A DNA stretch of 64,000 bases from Sphingobacteriales bacterium (GCA_031424975.1 JANPIL010000141.1:7293-71292), one strand, 5' to 3'. Positions 1 to 9,801 are shown, counted from the stretch's first letter. The notes: a model not told the origin generated them from the letters alone. Made by a program: numbers and translations.

Positions 1-1641
1 AAGGTCTTTGCCTTCAAAATGAAAGTGCATTTCCTTCCGGTAGCGTTCACCTTGGAAAGCCTTTTTGTAAAGCATTTTCCAAGGCTCCCTCATATCCACG
101 GGAAACTGTTCGATTATGTTTTTGCCCGGTTCCAGTTGCGCGCCGAACAATGACCGGCAGCCACGCTGCAAACTGGTGTTCACGATCATGATTTCATGCT
201 TGCGGTTCACCACCCAAATGCCATCGGCGGTGTTTTCAATCAGGGCTTCCAAGTTGGCCTTATCCTTTTCAATGGAAAACTGGATTTGCTTCTGCTCGGT
301 GATGACCGTCACATTGACCAATATCTGGCTGACCGAACCGTCAGGGTGGCGGCTCATGACCACTACCCGCCCCGAAACCCATTCAACCTGTTTTGTGGCG
401 TTATACACGCGCAGTTCCACATTGTAATGGTCGGGACTATCGGTTTCTGCAATTTTCTGGCGCAGTTCCTGTAGCCTGGGCACATCTTCCTCATGCACGA
501 ACCATTCGTGTATGGTGGAAAAAGGGGTAAATTTTTCTGCCGGATACCCGAATATATTTTCCCGATTCAGGTAGATTATTTTCTGTTCGGGCAGTTGCTC
601 CACGAAAACAATGTCCGGTGAGTTTTCCGCGAGTTTCCGGAACCGTTCCTCACTTTGCTGCACGGTTTCGAGGTTGCGCAGCCGCTCTTCTTCAATGGCG
701 CGACGGGCTTCCAGCGTGTCGTAAAAAAACTTCGTGAGCTGCATTTTGCTCTTGTCGCGTTCGGTTACGATGCTGATCAGGTTGGTGGCAATGCCAACGC
801 AATCTGTTTCAAAACCGGTCAGCGTGTGCGGCTCATTGGCGTAGATGCAAAACAGGGCGGTTACTTCCTGTTTGGCAGACAATACCGGAACCGCCCAGCA
901 CGAACGCAGTTTGAAAGCCGCCAGAAAGGGCTGCATTTCAGGATAGTCGGCAGTGGTGTCAATGTCGGCAAAGCCTTCCATTTGGCTCGAACGCACCGCT
1001 TTTGACCACGGTGCCGAGTCTGGCTGACGAAACGAATGCCCGATTTCGCGTTTGAAGTTCTCGGGCAGGTTTGGCGCGCACAACAGCGACAAACGGTGTT
1101 GGCCAAGGTCGTAAAGCATGACGGCGCACCGGATTTTCGGATTCAGCACCTCCACGCCCTTGCACAGCTCGCCACAGATGAAATCCGTTGATACGTTTTT
1201 GGCGGTGTTTTCCAAAATATCCTTTTGGAGTGCCAGCAGTTTTTGTGACTGCACTTGTTCGGTCACGTTCTGCACCATTACCAAACGGTCTTTATGACCT
1301 TCAAGTGATTGGGTTTCAGCCGTAACTTCCACGTATATGAGCTGCCCGTCTTTGGCACGGTGCCGCCAAATACGCTTGGGTTCGTGGGGTTCGCCGTGCT
1401 TTACCCGTTCAATCTCCTGACAAAGTGCGGGAACATCTTCGGGCGGACGGATATCGGCGATTGTCATCTCCGCGAATTCTTCCTTGGTGTATCCGTAGAG
1501 CCGGATTGCCGCTTCATTGACTGCCACAAAGCGGAGCGTTTCCAAGTCGTACGTCCACATGGGCATCGGGTTCCGGATGAACAGCAATTCGGATTCATGC
1601 ATGGCCTCTTCCGTGTTGTTGATGTTGTATGTCGTCACCAT
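1..1641 (-). CDS. PAS/GAF-domain sensor protein (probable histidine kinase), continues off the left edge
   Basis: Hand translation gives an open frame from ATG 1641 (MVTTYNI..) to base 1. PAS signatures: NPMPMWTYDLETLRFVAVNEAAIRLYGY, WRHRAKDGQLIYVEV, EERFRKLAENSPD. A GAF-like segment is present. Absent from the ORF track because there is no stop in the window. Confidence 0.8.
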   Translation of the reverse strand, partial: MVTTYNINNTEEAMHESELLFIRNPMPMWTYDLETLRFVAVNEAAIRLYGYTKEEFAEMTIADIRPPEDVPALCQEIERVKHGEPHEPKRIWRHRAKDGQLIYVEVTAETQSLEGHKDRLVMVQNVTEQVQSQKLLALQKDILENTAKNVSTDFICGELCKGVEVLNPKIRCAVMLYDLGQHRLSLLCAPNLPENFKREIGHSFRQPDSAPWSKAVRSSQMEGFADIDTTADYPEMQPFLAAFKLRSCWAVPVLSAKQEVTALFCIYANEPHTLTGFETDCVGIATNLISIVTERDKSKMQLTKFFYDTLEARRAIEEERLRNLETVQQSEERFRKLAENSPDIVFVEQLPEQKIIYLNRENIFGYPAEKFTPFSTIHEWFVHEEDVPRLQELRQKIAETDSPDHYNVELRVYNATKQVEWVSGRVVVMSRHPDGSVSQILVNVTVITEQKQIQFSIEKDKANLEALIENTADGIWVVNRKHEIMIVNTSLQRGCRSLFGAQLEPGKNIIEQFPVDMREPWKMLYKKAFQGERYRKEMHFHFEGKDL

Positions 1642-1932
1642 TAGCTGTTTCGCTATAAAAATAAAATTTTTACTTGTTAAAGAAGAAGGTTTTTTCAGTA
1701 CCGAAAAAATCAACGGGTGGAAATGAGGAAATCAGAAAAAACAGGCCGCTTATCCGCTAAAAAACCCCAAGGCCGAAAAGGCCGGATGTTGCATTCATGA
1801 GCGAATTATCATCTCTGAATCCGACTTTTTGCCACAAAGTAACTTTTGGGCTTTATAGGCGGAATATTGCCCGGAAAACAACTTTTGCGGCCAAAGGAGA
1901 TTACCGGAACCGGCGAATTTGCATCGTTAAAT

Positions 1933-2739
1933 TTACCGGTAAGCGAATATGTTCAGTTGCAAATCCATGGCCGGGGTTTTCCGGTTGGTGCGGTTCACGA
2001 AAGGCTGCTTGCGGTCAGCTTCTGATCGTATGAAGTAGCGAAAACCGTTCCCGGTCAAAATCCGCAGCATTTCGTCGAGTGCCTGGGGCTGCCCAACGTA
2101 GGCATGGTATTCGATAAAAATGTTTTTCACCCGTTGCAAGGCATCGCCGCAATCGCGGATTACGGCCGTTTCCGCGCCTTCAATGTCCATTTTCAGCAAG
2201 TCAATTTCGGTTTCCGCCAACAGCCAATCTTTCAGGCGGATGGCGGAAATCCGCATTTGCCCGGTGTCGGCGGTCATCGCGCCACCATCCGCCCCTTCGC
2301 TGGCAAACGATACGGTGGTGTCGGCAATCCAGACGGCCTTGCCAATCACCTGCACATCGGCAAAGCCGTTGGTGTGCAGGTTCTTTTGCAGCAAAGCCGC
2401 AATTGCCGGGTCGGCCTCAAAGGCTTTGATGCGCGATTCGGGGTATAACCGCTTGAAATACAGCGCATCCAGTCCAATGTTGGCTCCGCAGTCGTAAATC
2501 AGCGGCGCATCACTGTCGGCTTGGAAGCAGTAATTTTCATCGGCAAAGATTTCCTTGAACTGCCACAAAAACGACTGGCAGTCGGGCACATCCATGGTAT
2601 ACTTGAAAAAGCCAACGGTTTTTGGTTCGTACCGCTTCGCATCACCGTACCGGAAAGCGAGTTTCAGAAACATCCGGCTGTTGCGGGTGCGCAGCAAATG
2701 GTACAGGTCTTTGAAAAGTATCTTGAAAAACAAAACCAT
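1933..2739 (-). CDS. FkbM family methyltransferase
   Basis: IYDCGANIG SAM-binding motif, AFEAD, LLKMDIEGAE; start chosen at ATG 2739. Confidence 0.85.
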   Translation of the reverse strand: MVLFFKILFKDLYHLLRTRNSRMFLKLAFRYGDAKRYEPKTVGFFKYTMDVPDCQSFLWQFKEIFADENYCFQADSDAPLIYDCGANIGLDALYFKRLYPESRIKAFEADPAIAALLQKNLHTNGFADVQVIGKAVWIADTTVSFASEGADGGAMTADTGQMRISAIRLKDWLLAETEIDLLKMDIEGAETAVIRDCGDALQRVKNIFIEYHAYVGQPQALDEMLRILTGNGFRYFIRSEADRKQPFVNRTNRKTPAMDLQLNIFAYR

Positions 2740-2876
2740 GGAATCGGAGGAATCAAAAAGGTTTGGACGGGCAAAATAACGAATGAAAAACGGTTTTCCG
2801 CCCACTGTCTGGCACGGGCGTAGCCGCCAAAAACAAAAGGCGGAAGTTTCCAAGGAAACCGCCGCCTAAGCGATTG

Positions 2877-2905
2877 AAAATAGTATGTTTTGAAACACGC
2901 AAACC
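2877..2905 (+). repeat. Motif A copy
   Basis: AAAATAGTATGTTTTGAAACACGCAAACC. Confidence 0.9.
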
Positions 2906-3082
2906 TCAAACAGGCTGCTCTTTGCTTTTCATCCCGGCTGCTGTTTTTTTAAAATCAATGCCGCCGCACGAGCCGCAGCCTTTAGCACAGCCTTGCTTGC
3001 TGGCAAACTGCCCACGCACGGTGCGCAGCAAGTAGCCCAACGCCGCCAAAAATACCAGTCCGACAATGATGTTTTCCCACAT
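2906..3082 (-). CDS. Small FeoB-associated Cys-rich membrane protein-like
   Basis: MWENIIVGLVFLAALGYLL transmembrane segment followed by GCAKGCGSC; the upstream ORF extension is repeat-derived. Confidence 0.7.
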   Translation of the reverse strand: MWENIIVGLVFLAALGYLLRTVRGQFASKQGCAKGCGSCGGIDFKKTAAGMKSKEQPV

Positions 3083-3152
3083 GGTCGTGTAACGCAAACC
3101 GTTTACGGTTGGTTTCCAATGGCCGGGCTTTGCGTGTTCCAGCCAACGGGTA

Positions 3153-3205
3153 GGTTTGGGTGTTTTAAAAGCTGAAAGCCCCGTCTTTAGCGGGGATACT
3201 ATTTT
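3153..3205 (-). repeat. Motif A copy split by a 24-bp hairpin insertion
   Basis: GGTTTGGGTGTTTTAAAAG[3172-3195]ATACTATTTT. Confidence 0.9.
3172..3195 (+). mobile_element. 24-bp hairpin insertion element, copy 1
   Basis: CTGAAAGCCCCGTCTTTAGCGGGG; removing it restores a perfect 29-bp Motif A. Confidence 0.8.
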
Positions 3206-3314
3206 TGCCGAAGGGTAGCCGGACTTTCCAAGTCCGGCAGTTGGGCGCAAACTGTGGTTGCGGGTCGTGGGAGACGACCCGCCATTTGCTTGCCCGACAA
3301 ATTATTGTTTTTCA

Positions 3315-3343
3315 AAAATAGTATCCCGCAAAAACCCCAAACC
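3315..3343 (+). repeat. Motif A copy
   Basis: AAAATAGTATCCCGCAAAAACCCCAAACC. Confidence 0.9.
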
Positions 3344-3351
3344 TGCCTGTT

Positions 3352-4149
3352 TTAAGCCTGCCAATGCTTGGCAATCACTTCTTGCATTTCCGCGTGGATA
3401 TTGGCGGCAGCGGCAATGAGTTTTCCGCCGAACAAATGCCCATCGCCACCGCTAAAATCAGTCACCTTGCCGCCCGCCTCCTCCACAATCAGGATGCCCG
3501 CCGCCATATCCCAAGATTTGAGGCCGAATTCATAAAAACCCTCAAACCGTCCGCAGGCCACGTAGGCCAAATCCACGGCCGCCGCCCCAAAACGCCGCAC
3601 CCCGTGCGAATGGCGCACAAAATCCTGCAAGATGGTCAGGTACACGTTTATCTTGGTCGCCACTTCATAAGGAAATCCGGTGGCAATTAGGCCGTGGGCC
3701 AGCGAGGGTGCGTCGGAAGTGCGGATTTTCTTTTGGTTGCAAAATGCCCCGCCACCCTGCCACGCATAAAAACACTCATCCAGGTTGGGTTCGTAAATCA
3801 CGCCCAGAAGCGGCTGTTTGCCCTGCACCAACGCCACGCTGACACAATACACGGGCAGGCCGTGGATGAAATTGGTGGTGCCGTCGAGCGGGTCAATGAT
3901 CCAGTTCAGCGTGTCCGAATGCTTTTCGATGGTGTTTTCCTCGGTGATGAACCCGGCTTCGGGCACCAGACTGGAGAGGCTGGCCACCAATTGCCTTTCG
4001 GCTTCCTTGTCCACGTACGAAACCATGTCGTTGGCCGCACTTTTGTATTCAATGTTGGCCTTGTCAAACGTGGCCGCTTCCTGCTTCAGGAAAGCCCCCG
4101 TCTTCTTGACAATGGCTATGGTGTCTTGGCAAAGCTGGGATAAGTCCAT
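3352..4149 (-). CDS. suhB: Inositol monophosphatase family protein
   Basis: WIIDPLDGTTNF, RRFGAAAVDLAYVACGRFEG and WDMAAG motifs. Confidence 0.9.
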   Translation of the reverse strand: MDLSQLCQDTIAIVKKTGAFLKQEAATFDKANIEYKSAANDMVSYVDKEAERQLVASLSSLVPEAGFITEENTIEKHSDTLNWIIDPLDGTTNFIHGLPVYCVSVALVQGKQPLLGVIYEPNLDECFYAWQGGGAFCNQKKIRTSDAPSLAHGLIATGFPYEVATKINVYLTILQDFVRHSHGVRRFGAAAVDLAYVACGRFEGFYEFGLKSWDMAAGILIVEEAGGKVTDFSGGDGHLFGGKLIAAAANIHAEMQEVIAKHWQA

Positions 4150-4198
4150 AAATAAAAGCCCCGGAGGGGGAGTTTTTGTTGGCCTGTGCGGGGACACA

Positions 4199-4247
4199 GG
4201 TTTGGTGTTTTGAAAAGATACCTGTCTGCCGACAGGCAGGCTATTTT
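4199..4247 (-). repeat. Motif A copy split by a 20-bp palindrome insertion
   Basis: GGTTTGGTGTTTTGAAAAGATA[4221-4240]CTATTTT. Confidence 0.9.
4221..4240 (+). mobile_element. 20-bp palindromic insertion element
   Basis: CCTGTCTGCCGACAGGCAGG inside the Motif A core. Confidence 0.8.
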
Positions 4248-4262
4248 ACGTTTCTTTCACGA

Positions 4263-5477
4263 TTACGTTTCCTTCACGGGTTGGGGGGCGGTCTGTTTTA
4301 CGGACAGCCGCATCCTAAAAACCAAGAAAGCGGAACGCAGCGCAAGTAACAACACTATCGGAATAAGTTCATAATCAATGCGTTGCGGTATAAATTGCCA
4401 ACTACCGAGCAGCAAAACCAAAAGCCCCAAATACGTGACAAAATAAATGCGGAGCCATGCGGGCTTGTGTTTGCGGAGCAGCCACAGCGCCACCGGAAAA
4501 TGCAGCGGCCACGCCCACCACAAATGCCAGTTTTGCACCGTTGCCCGGTGGTCGGTGCCAAACCACAAAAACGCCAGCAGCCAGCCCAGCAACCCAATCA
4601 CCGAAAAAAGGACGGCATCAAGCCAGAATTGCCGCCCCGTGCCGCGAAACTGCCAGATTGTGATCAGAACGCCAACGGCCAGCAGCAACCAGAACAAAAT
4701 CGTGGGCGTAAGCCCATCGGAAAGGGCAGGGCGCGGCACGGCTTGGAACAGCGTCTGGTGCGTGAGTTCAAATTTTTCGGGCTTGCCGTTGCGCATCACC
4801 GTGGCCGTAGCCGTCAGGTTCATCAGGTTGTCGGGCAAGAACATACTTTCATCAGACGAAGCTGGCTTATCGGCCGGTGAGGAAATGCCCAGGTCAATGC
4901 CAAAATCAGCGTAGTGATTATGTTGCAAATAGCGGTCAATCCACTGCCTGAAGGTCAGGCTGTCAGGGTTTTGGCCGAATTTCAGGCTGTCGCCGCACAC
5001 GGCTTGCAGGGCATCGCGCACGCGGGTGGTGCAATTGTCGTAGAAGTGGTCGTATTTGTAATACCGCTGGTCGGGTTGGTAATTGCGCTGCAAAAACGCG
5101 TACAGCTTGGTCACCTGCGCCGGGGAAAGGTTGAGTTGCTGGGCGGTAACGGTGCGGTTTTCGTACTGTGCGCCGTACACCATGTTCTCGATTTTGCCAA
5201 TTGCCAGCGCGTAAAGCAGTTTCCCACGGATGTATTTGATATAAAAATTGGATTCGTTGAAGTCGAACGTGCCATAATTGTACACTTCATTGAGACCCAA
5301 TTGCGGATCCTGGATCCAGAGGGCGGTATGGCCGAAAACGGAATAAAGTTCCTCGCCCGGCGCAACGGTGACCAACGTGGCGGTGGCTTGCGGCGATAGC
5401 GTAACCAATTGCGCCTGAGCGGGTTGCCAGCAAAAAATAAGTCCGGCGGAAAGAAACAGAAAAATGTTTTTGAGCAT
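4263..5477 (-). CDS. DUF4105 / Lnb-like membrane protein
   Basis: Signal peptide, PGEELYSVFGHTAL, YNYGTFDF, YDNCTTR, four C-terminal transmembrane segments. Confidence 0.75.
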   Translation of the reverse strand: MLKNIFLFLSAGLIFCWQPAQAQLVTLSPQATATLVTVAPGEELYSVFGHTALWIQDPQLGLNEVYNYGTFDFNESNFYIKYIRGKLLYALAIGKIENMVYGAQYENRTVTAQQLNLSPAQVTKLYAFLQRNYQPDQRYYKYDHFYDNCTTRVRDALQAVCGDSLKFGQNPDSLTFRQWIDRYLQHNHYADFGIDLGISSPADKPASSDESMFLPDNLMNLTATATVMRNGKPEKFELTHQTLFQAVPRPALSDGLTPTILFWLLLAVGVLITIWQFRGTGRQFWLDAVLFSVIGLLGWLLAFLWFGTDHRATVQNWHLWWAWPLHFPVALWLLRKHKPAWLRIYFVTYLGLLVLLLGSWQFIPQRIDYELIPIVLLLALRSAFLVFRMRLSVKQTAPQPVKET

Positions 5478-5499
5478 GGTGATAATTTAAAAGGAGTGG

Positions 5500-5533
5500 C
5501 CTCCCCTAAATCCCCTCCAGAGGAGGGGACTTT
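5500..5533 (+). repeat. REP-like palindrome, family CCTCCCC..GAGGGG
   Basis: CCTCCCCTAAATCCCCTCCAGAGGAGGGGACTTT; 32/34 identical to 8990-9023. Confidence 0.85.
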
Positions 5534-5543
5534 TAAACAGGTG

Positions 5544-5572
5544 GGTTTTGGCTTTTGAAAAGATACTATTTT
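5544..5572 (-). repeat. Motif A copy
   Basis: GGTTTTGGCTTTTGAAAAGATACTATTTT. Confidence 0.9.
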
Positions 5573-5668
5573 CTCTGCCCCGTTTCGCAGGGCGATACCC
5601 TGCGTTGATGGATATCGCCCTTTCAGGGCTGTTGGACTGCATTGGCCAGAGGCCGCCCGGGCCGCTTC

Positions 5669-8311
5669 TCATTCGTACATTTCCTTCAGTTTTCCGCTGG
5701 TTTCCTTGTCCCGGATATCCCGGAGCAATTCGGGCACGCCCTCCGACTCATCAAACATGGCCAGCGTCTGATAGGCATTCAATCGCACGTATTCATTTTT
5801 GGCGTTGCGCGCGGTATTTTCAAGGAAACCAATGCCTTTTTTCTGGATTTCGGCGGGCTGCCTGAGCAAATACGAACCGAACAATTGCGTAAATGGATAC
5901 AGGAAGTCAAGGCTGTTGCGTTTGGCTTTTTCCAAGAACCAATCCAACTGTTCGGTTCCGGCGGTTTCGGCGTAGTAGGCGGCAATGGTAAGCGTGATGT
6001 CGCTGCTGGCCGAGTTGCGGAAAGCCGCCAGTTGCCGTTCAGCATCAGCGGGTTGGGTGCTCAGATAGCCGAATAAGGCGATGGAAACCACGTAGTACGA
6101 CGAATCTTTCAACGCCTGCCGGAAAGCGGCTTGGTAATCCTTGTGTTTCCAGCCAATCATCTTGCTCACAGCCTCGGCACGTACGTACGATTTGGGGTCG
6201 GAAACGGCCATTTTTTCCACAACCGTCTCGTAATCAGACAGTTTTACCACCGGTATTTCGGGTAGGTTGCGTATGGCCATCTGCCGGATCACCCAAGAAG
6301 CATCGTGCAGGGCATCGGCGGCCAGCTTTTTTCTTGAAGGTGTGCCAAAATGTCCGGCGGCGGTTTGGGCATTTTCAGACATACTATTTTTGGCGGAGTC
6401 GGCGGGTGGCTTTTCACCGTTTTCATCAGCCACCACTTCAAACAGCTTGTTAAACGCTTCGTAACGAGCCAAGTACTTGTCCGAATGGTAGTATTGGTAA
6501 GTCAGTTCGGCCTCCGTTTTTTCGTGCGTCACCTTGCCGAGCAACTGGGTTTCGGCATCAAAAAGCACCAAATCGGGTTGGGTGGCCGTTGCAAATGCAA
6601 AGGTTTGGTCGGGTTGGTTGATTACAATATCGCGGACGGTTTTTGTGCCGCCCGCCCATATTTCCACTTGCAGCGGCAGGCGGCAGGTTTTGTCATCGCC
6701 GGATATACTATTTTGGGTCTGCACCCGCAATTGTACTTTTCCGTTGGCATAAGTGTGCGAGACTTTCAGTTCGGGATGGCCCGCCGACAGGAACCACTGG
6801 TCAAAAAACCACTGCAAGTCTTGGCCCGTCACCTCTTCAAAGGCCAGGCGCAAATCGTGGATTTCGGCCTTGTTGTACGCGTGTTTTTTCAGGTACGTGT
6901 TCAGCGACTTAAAAAACGCCTCATCGCCCACGTATTTGCGCAGCATGTGCAGCACGCAGCCGCCCTTCTGGTACGAATGCGCATCGAACATATCCTCCTT
7001 GTCGTTGTAGTAATAGCGAATCAGCGGCTCCTGCTTGGTTTGCGCCTCCGAAAAATACACTTCCTGATCCTGTTGCAGATGGTAGTCGGCTTCGGCGCGG
7101 CCCTGTTTGTGTTCAATCCACAAATACTCGGCGTAGGTGGCAAACGCCTCGTTGAGCGGCAGGTTAGACCATGATTCGCAGGTCACCAAATCGCCGAACC
7201 AATGGTGGAACATTTCGTGCGCAATCACATCGTCGTCGTTTTCATCGAGCAGTTGGTGGCGGTCTTTCTGCACCGATTCGCCAAACACCACCGCGCCGGT
7301 ATTTTCCATTGCGCCCGACACGTAATCGCGCACCACCACTTGGGCGTATTTGTCCCACGGGTACGGATAATCCAGAATTTTGGAGTAAAAGGACAGCATT
7401 TCGGGTGTCCGCCCAAAGATATTTTTGGCGTATTTCTCGTACGGTTTTTCAACCAAGTAGCTCAGTTCCATACCGTTCCACTTGTCGCGCACCACTGCAA
7501 ACTCGCCCACGGCCATCATGAACAAGTACGGCGCGTGCGGCTTGTCCTGCTTCCAATGGTCGGTGCGCGTGCCGTTGGCATTGGATTTGGACGAGATCAG
7601 CAACCCGTTGGAAAGCGTAGTGTATTGCTTGTCCACGGTGATGAAAATCTCCTGCGTGGTGCGTTCGTTGGGCGAGTCAATGGTGGGGAACCAGCACGAA
7701 GAAGCCTCGGTCTCGCCCTGCGTCCAGATTTGGCGCGGCTTGCCGGGTTCCCGGCCATCGGGATTGATGAAATACAGGCCCTTGTCTTCGGTAATGGCCG
7801 CACTGCCGCCTTTGGGCAGGTCGTTGGGCTTGGCCACATACCGTATTCGCACCGTGAATTTTTCGTGGCGGGTGTAGGGTTTGGGCAGTTTCAGGGATAC
7901 TATTTTCTGGTCGTACGTATAAGGCAACGTGGTTTTTTTGGCGGCGGCCACCAACTCAACCGACTGTATGTCAAACCCTTTGGCATTGAGTTGCAGCGAA
8001 TCCTGGGCGTAAAAATGCGGCTTCAGCGTCAGCGTTGCCGTGCCCAGCAGGTGCTGCCTGCCCCAATCAAAACTGACTTCCAGTTTGGTGTGCAGTAGGT
8101 CATGTTTGCGGGTGCGTTCGGGTTGGTAGGGCAGCGGCGCGGTGTCGGCCACAAGGGCAAGGGGCGGCGCGGCCAGCGTGTCGGTGGTGTTGCCGGGCAT
8201 TGCCACCGGCACGTTGGCCGTTGAAGTCTGCGCAATCTTGGGGCTTTTGCACGATTCCAGACTGCCCGCGAGCCACGCCAGACAAACAGCCAGCCATAGT
8301 TTTTTGCCCAT
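5669..8311 (-). CDS. M1 family aminopeptidase, lipoprotein, with HEAT-like C-terminus
   Basis: GAMEN and HEMFHHWFG..E motifs; lipobox-like LESC. Confidence 0.92.
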   Translation of the reverse strand: MGKKLWLAVCLAWLAGSLESCKSPKIAQTSTANVPVAMPGNTTDTLAAPPLALVADTAPLPYQPERTRKHDLLHTKLEVSFDWGRQHLLGTATLTLKPHFYAQDSLQLNAKGFDIQSVELVAAAKKTTLPYTYDQKIVSLKLPKPYTRHEKFTVRIRYVAKPNDLPKGGSAAITEDKGLYFINPDGREPGKPRQIWTQGETEASSCWFPTIDSPNERTTQEIFITVDKQYTTLSNGLLISSKSNANGTRTDHWKQDKPHAPYLFMMAVGEFAVVRDKWNGMELSYLVEKPYEKYAKNIFGRTPEMLSFYSKILDYPYPWDKYAQVVVRDYVSGAMENTGAVVFGESVQKDRHQLLDENDDDVIAHEMFHHWFGDLVTCESWSNLPLNEAFATYAEYLWIEHKQGRAEADYHLQQDQEVYFSEAQTKQEPLIRYYYNDKEDMFDAHSYQKGGCVLHMLRKYVGDEAFFKSLNTYLKKHAYNKAEIHDLRLAFEEVTGQDLQWFFDQWFLSAGHPELKVSHTYANGKVQLRVQTQNSISGDDKTCRLPLQVEIWAGGTKTVRDIVINQPDQTFAFATATQPDLVLFDAETQLLGKVTHEKTEAELTYQYYHSDKYLARYEAFNKLFEVVADENGEKPPADSAKNSMSENAQTAAGHFGTPSRKKLAADALHDASWVIRQMAIRNLPEIPVVKLSDYETVVEKMAVSDPKSYVRAEAVSKMIGWKHKDYQAAFRQALKDSSYYVVSIALFGYLSTQPADAERQLAAFRNSASSDITLTIAAYYAETAGTEQLDWFLEKAKRNSLDFLYPFTQLFGSYLLRQPAEIQKKGIGFLENTARNAKNEYVRLNAYQTLAMFDESEGVPELLRDIRDKETSGKLKEMYE
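6686..6714 (-). repeat. Motif A copy in aminopeptidase CDS (degenerate middle)
   Basis: GGTTTTGTCATCGCCGGATATACTATTTT; encodes QNSISGDDKT. Confidence 0.65.
7878..7906 (-). repeat. Motif A copy in aminopeptidase CDS
   Basis: GGTTTGGGCAGTTTCAGGGATACTATTTT; encodes KIVSLKLPKP. Confidence 0.85.
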
Positions 8312-8478
8312 TGGTTTTCTTTTGTTTACTTGGCGCAAAGAAACGGAAAAGTTGGGGGCGTTTCAAAACATTTTGCGTTTGGCGTTTTTCATTGTCCGCC
8401 ATTCCGCAAAGCCCCCGGACACGCCGGTTTATGTCCATGGCCCGAAGGCTGCGGAGAACATTTATTTTATCCAATGCC

Positions 8479-8976
8479 ATGCTCAAAATTACAGTTGCCG
8501 GACGGTATATTTTCAACTTGGATGAAAACGCCCACGCCGGCCATGATATTGCCGAAATCCGCGACGGAGTTTTCCATGTTTTGAAAGCTGGAAGTCCCGT
8601 CTTCAGCGGGAATACTGTTTCGTACAATGCCGAGGTGGTCAGGGCCGACTTTGCCCACAAGAGCTTCACCGTCAAGGTAAACGGCAAGTTGCTGGAAGTG
8701 AAAGCGCACGACAAGTTTGATTTGCTGCTGCAGCAACTCGGCTTGGGCCAAGCCAACGGCACGCAACCCAAAGACCTGAAAGCCCCCATGCCCGGCCTGA
8801 TTCTGGACATTAAAGTGACTGAAGGTCAAGCGGTGCTGAAAGGCGATGTGGTAGTCATACTGGAAGCTATGAAAATGGAAAACGCGATAAAAGCCCCCGC
8901 CGATGGCACTGTGAAGGCCGTGAAAGTGAAAACCGGCGACAATGTGGAGAAAAACCAAGTGCTGATTGTGTTTTAA
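8479..8976 (+). CDS. Biotin carboxyl carrier (biotin/lipoyl-domain) protein carrying an 8-codon repeat insertion
   Basis: KAPMPGLI and EAMKMEN biotinylation motif; insertion at 8588-8611. Confidence 0.9.
   Translation: MLKITVAGRYIFNLDENAHAGHDIAEIRDGVFHVLKAGSPVFSGNTVSYNAEVVRADFAHKSFTVKVNGKLLEVKAHDKFDLLLQQLGLGQANGTQPKDLKAPMPGLILDIKVTEGQAVLKGDVVVILEAMKMENAIKAPADGTVKAVKVKTGDNVEKNQVLIVF
8569..8621 (-). repeat. Degenerate Motif A copy in biotin-carrier CDS, split by a 24-bp insertion
   Basis: GTTTTCCATGTTTTGAAAG[8588-8611]ATACTGTTTC. Confidence 0.7.
8588..8611 (+). mobile_element. 24-bp hairpin insertion element, copy 2 (in frame within a CDS)
   Basis: CTGGAAGTCCCGTCTTCAGCGGGA; 20/24 identical to copy 1, same AAAG^ATAC junction. 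Confidence 0.8.
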
Positions 8977-8989
8977 AGGTCTCCAAAAG

Positions 8990-9023
8990 CCTCCCCTAAA
9001 TCCCCTCCGAAGGAGGGGACTTT
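8990..9023 (+). repeat. REP-like palindrome, family CCTCCCC..GAGGGG
   Basis: CCTCCCCTAAATCCCCTCCGAAGGAGGGGACTTT. Confidence 0.85.
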
Positions 9024-9054
9024 TAAAAGCCTCCCCTTGGGGCTGTTTTTTTCC

Positions 9055-9062
9055 TATCTTTG
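9055..9062 (+). promoter_or_regulatory. Bacteroidota -7 promoter element (pyrH)
   Basis: TATCTTTG matches TAnnTTTG, 28 bp before the GTG start. Confidence 0.65.
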
Positions 9063-9090
9063 CGCAAATTTCCAACAAATACATCTTACA

Positions 9091-9801
9091 GTGAAATACA
9101 AACGGATACTCCTCAAACTCAGTGGTGAATCGCTGGCCGGCAAACAAGGATACGGCATTGATTCCCAAAGGCTTACCGAATACGCAAAACAAATAAAGGA
9201 AGTCGTGGACGCGGGCGTGCAAGTGGCGATTGTGATTGGTGGCGGCAACATTTTCCGGGGTGCCGATGGCGAAAACTCGGGCATTGACCGCGTGCAAGGC
9301 GACTACATGGGAATGCTGGCAACGGTGATTAACGCCATGGCCTTGCAGAGCGGCCTGGAAAAAAGCGGCCTGTTCACCCGCCTCATGTCGGGCATCCGCA
9401 TTGACCAGGTGTGCGAGCCGTTCATCCGCCGCCGCGCCGTGCGCCACCTTGAAAAAGGCCGCACCGTGATTTTCGGGGCGGGCATCGGCAACCCGTATTT
9501 CACCACCGACACCACGGCCAGCCTGCGCGCCATCGAAATCGAGGCCGATGTGGTGCTCAAAGGCACCCGCGTGGACGGCGTGTACAGTGCCGACCCCGAA
9601 AAAGACCCCGATGCGGTGCGCTACGCCACCATCACGTTTGAGGAAGTATATGCCAAAGGGCTGAATATCATGGACATGACGGCCTTTACGCTGTGCAAGG
9701 AAAACAACCTGCCCATTATTATCTTCGACATGAACAAGCCCGGCAACCTGTATAACCTGGTGAAAGGCGAGGACGTGGGTACGCTGGTAACGATGGGTTG
9801 A
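9091..9801 (+). CDS. pyrH: Uridylate kinase
   Basis: [28 protein letters not shown]; GTG start 9091. Confidence 0.97.
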   Translation: MKYKRILLKLSGESLAGKQGYGIDSQRLTEYAKQIKEVVDAGVQVAIVIGGGNIFRGADGENSGIDRVQGDYMGMLATVINAMALQSGLEKSGLFTRLMSGIRIDQVCEPFIRRRAVRHLEKGRTVIFGAGIGNPYFTTDTTASLRAIEIEADVVLKGTRVDGVYSADPEKDPDAVRYATITFEEVYAKGLNIMDMTAFTLCKENNLPIIIFDMNKPGNLYNLVKGEDVGTLVTMG

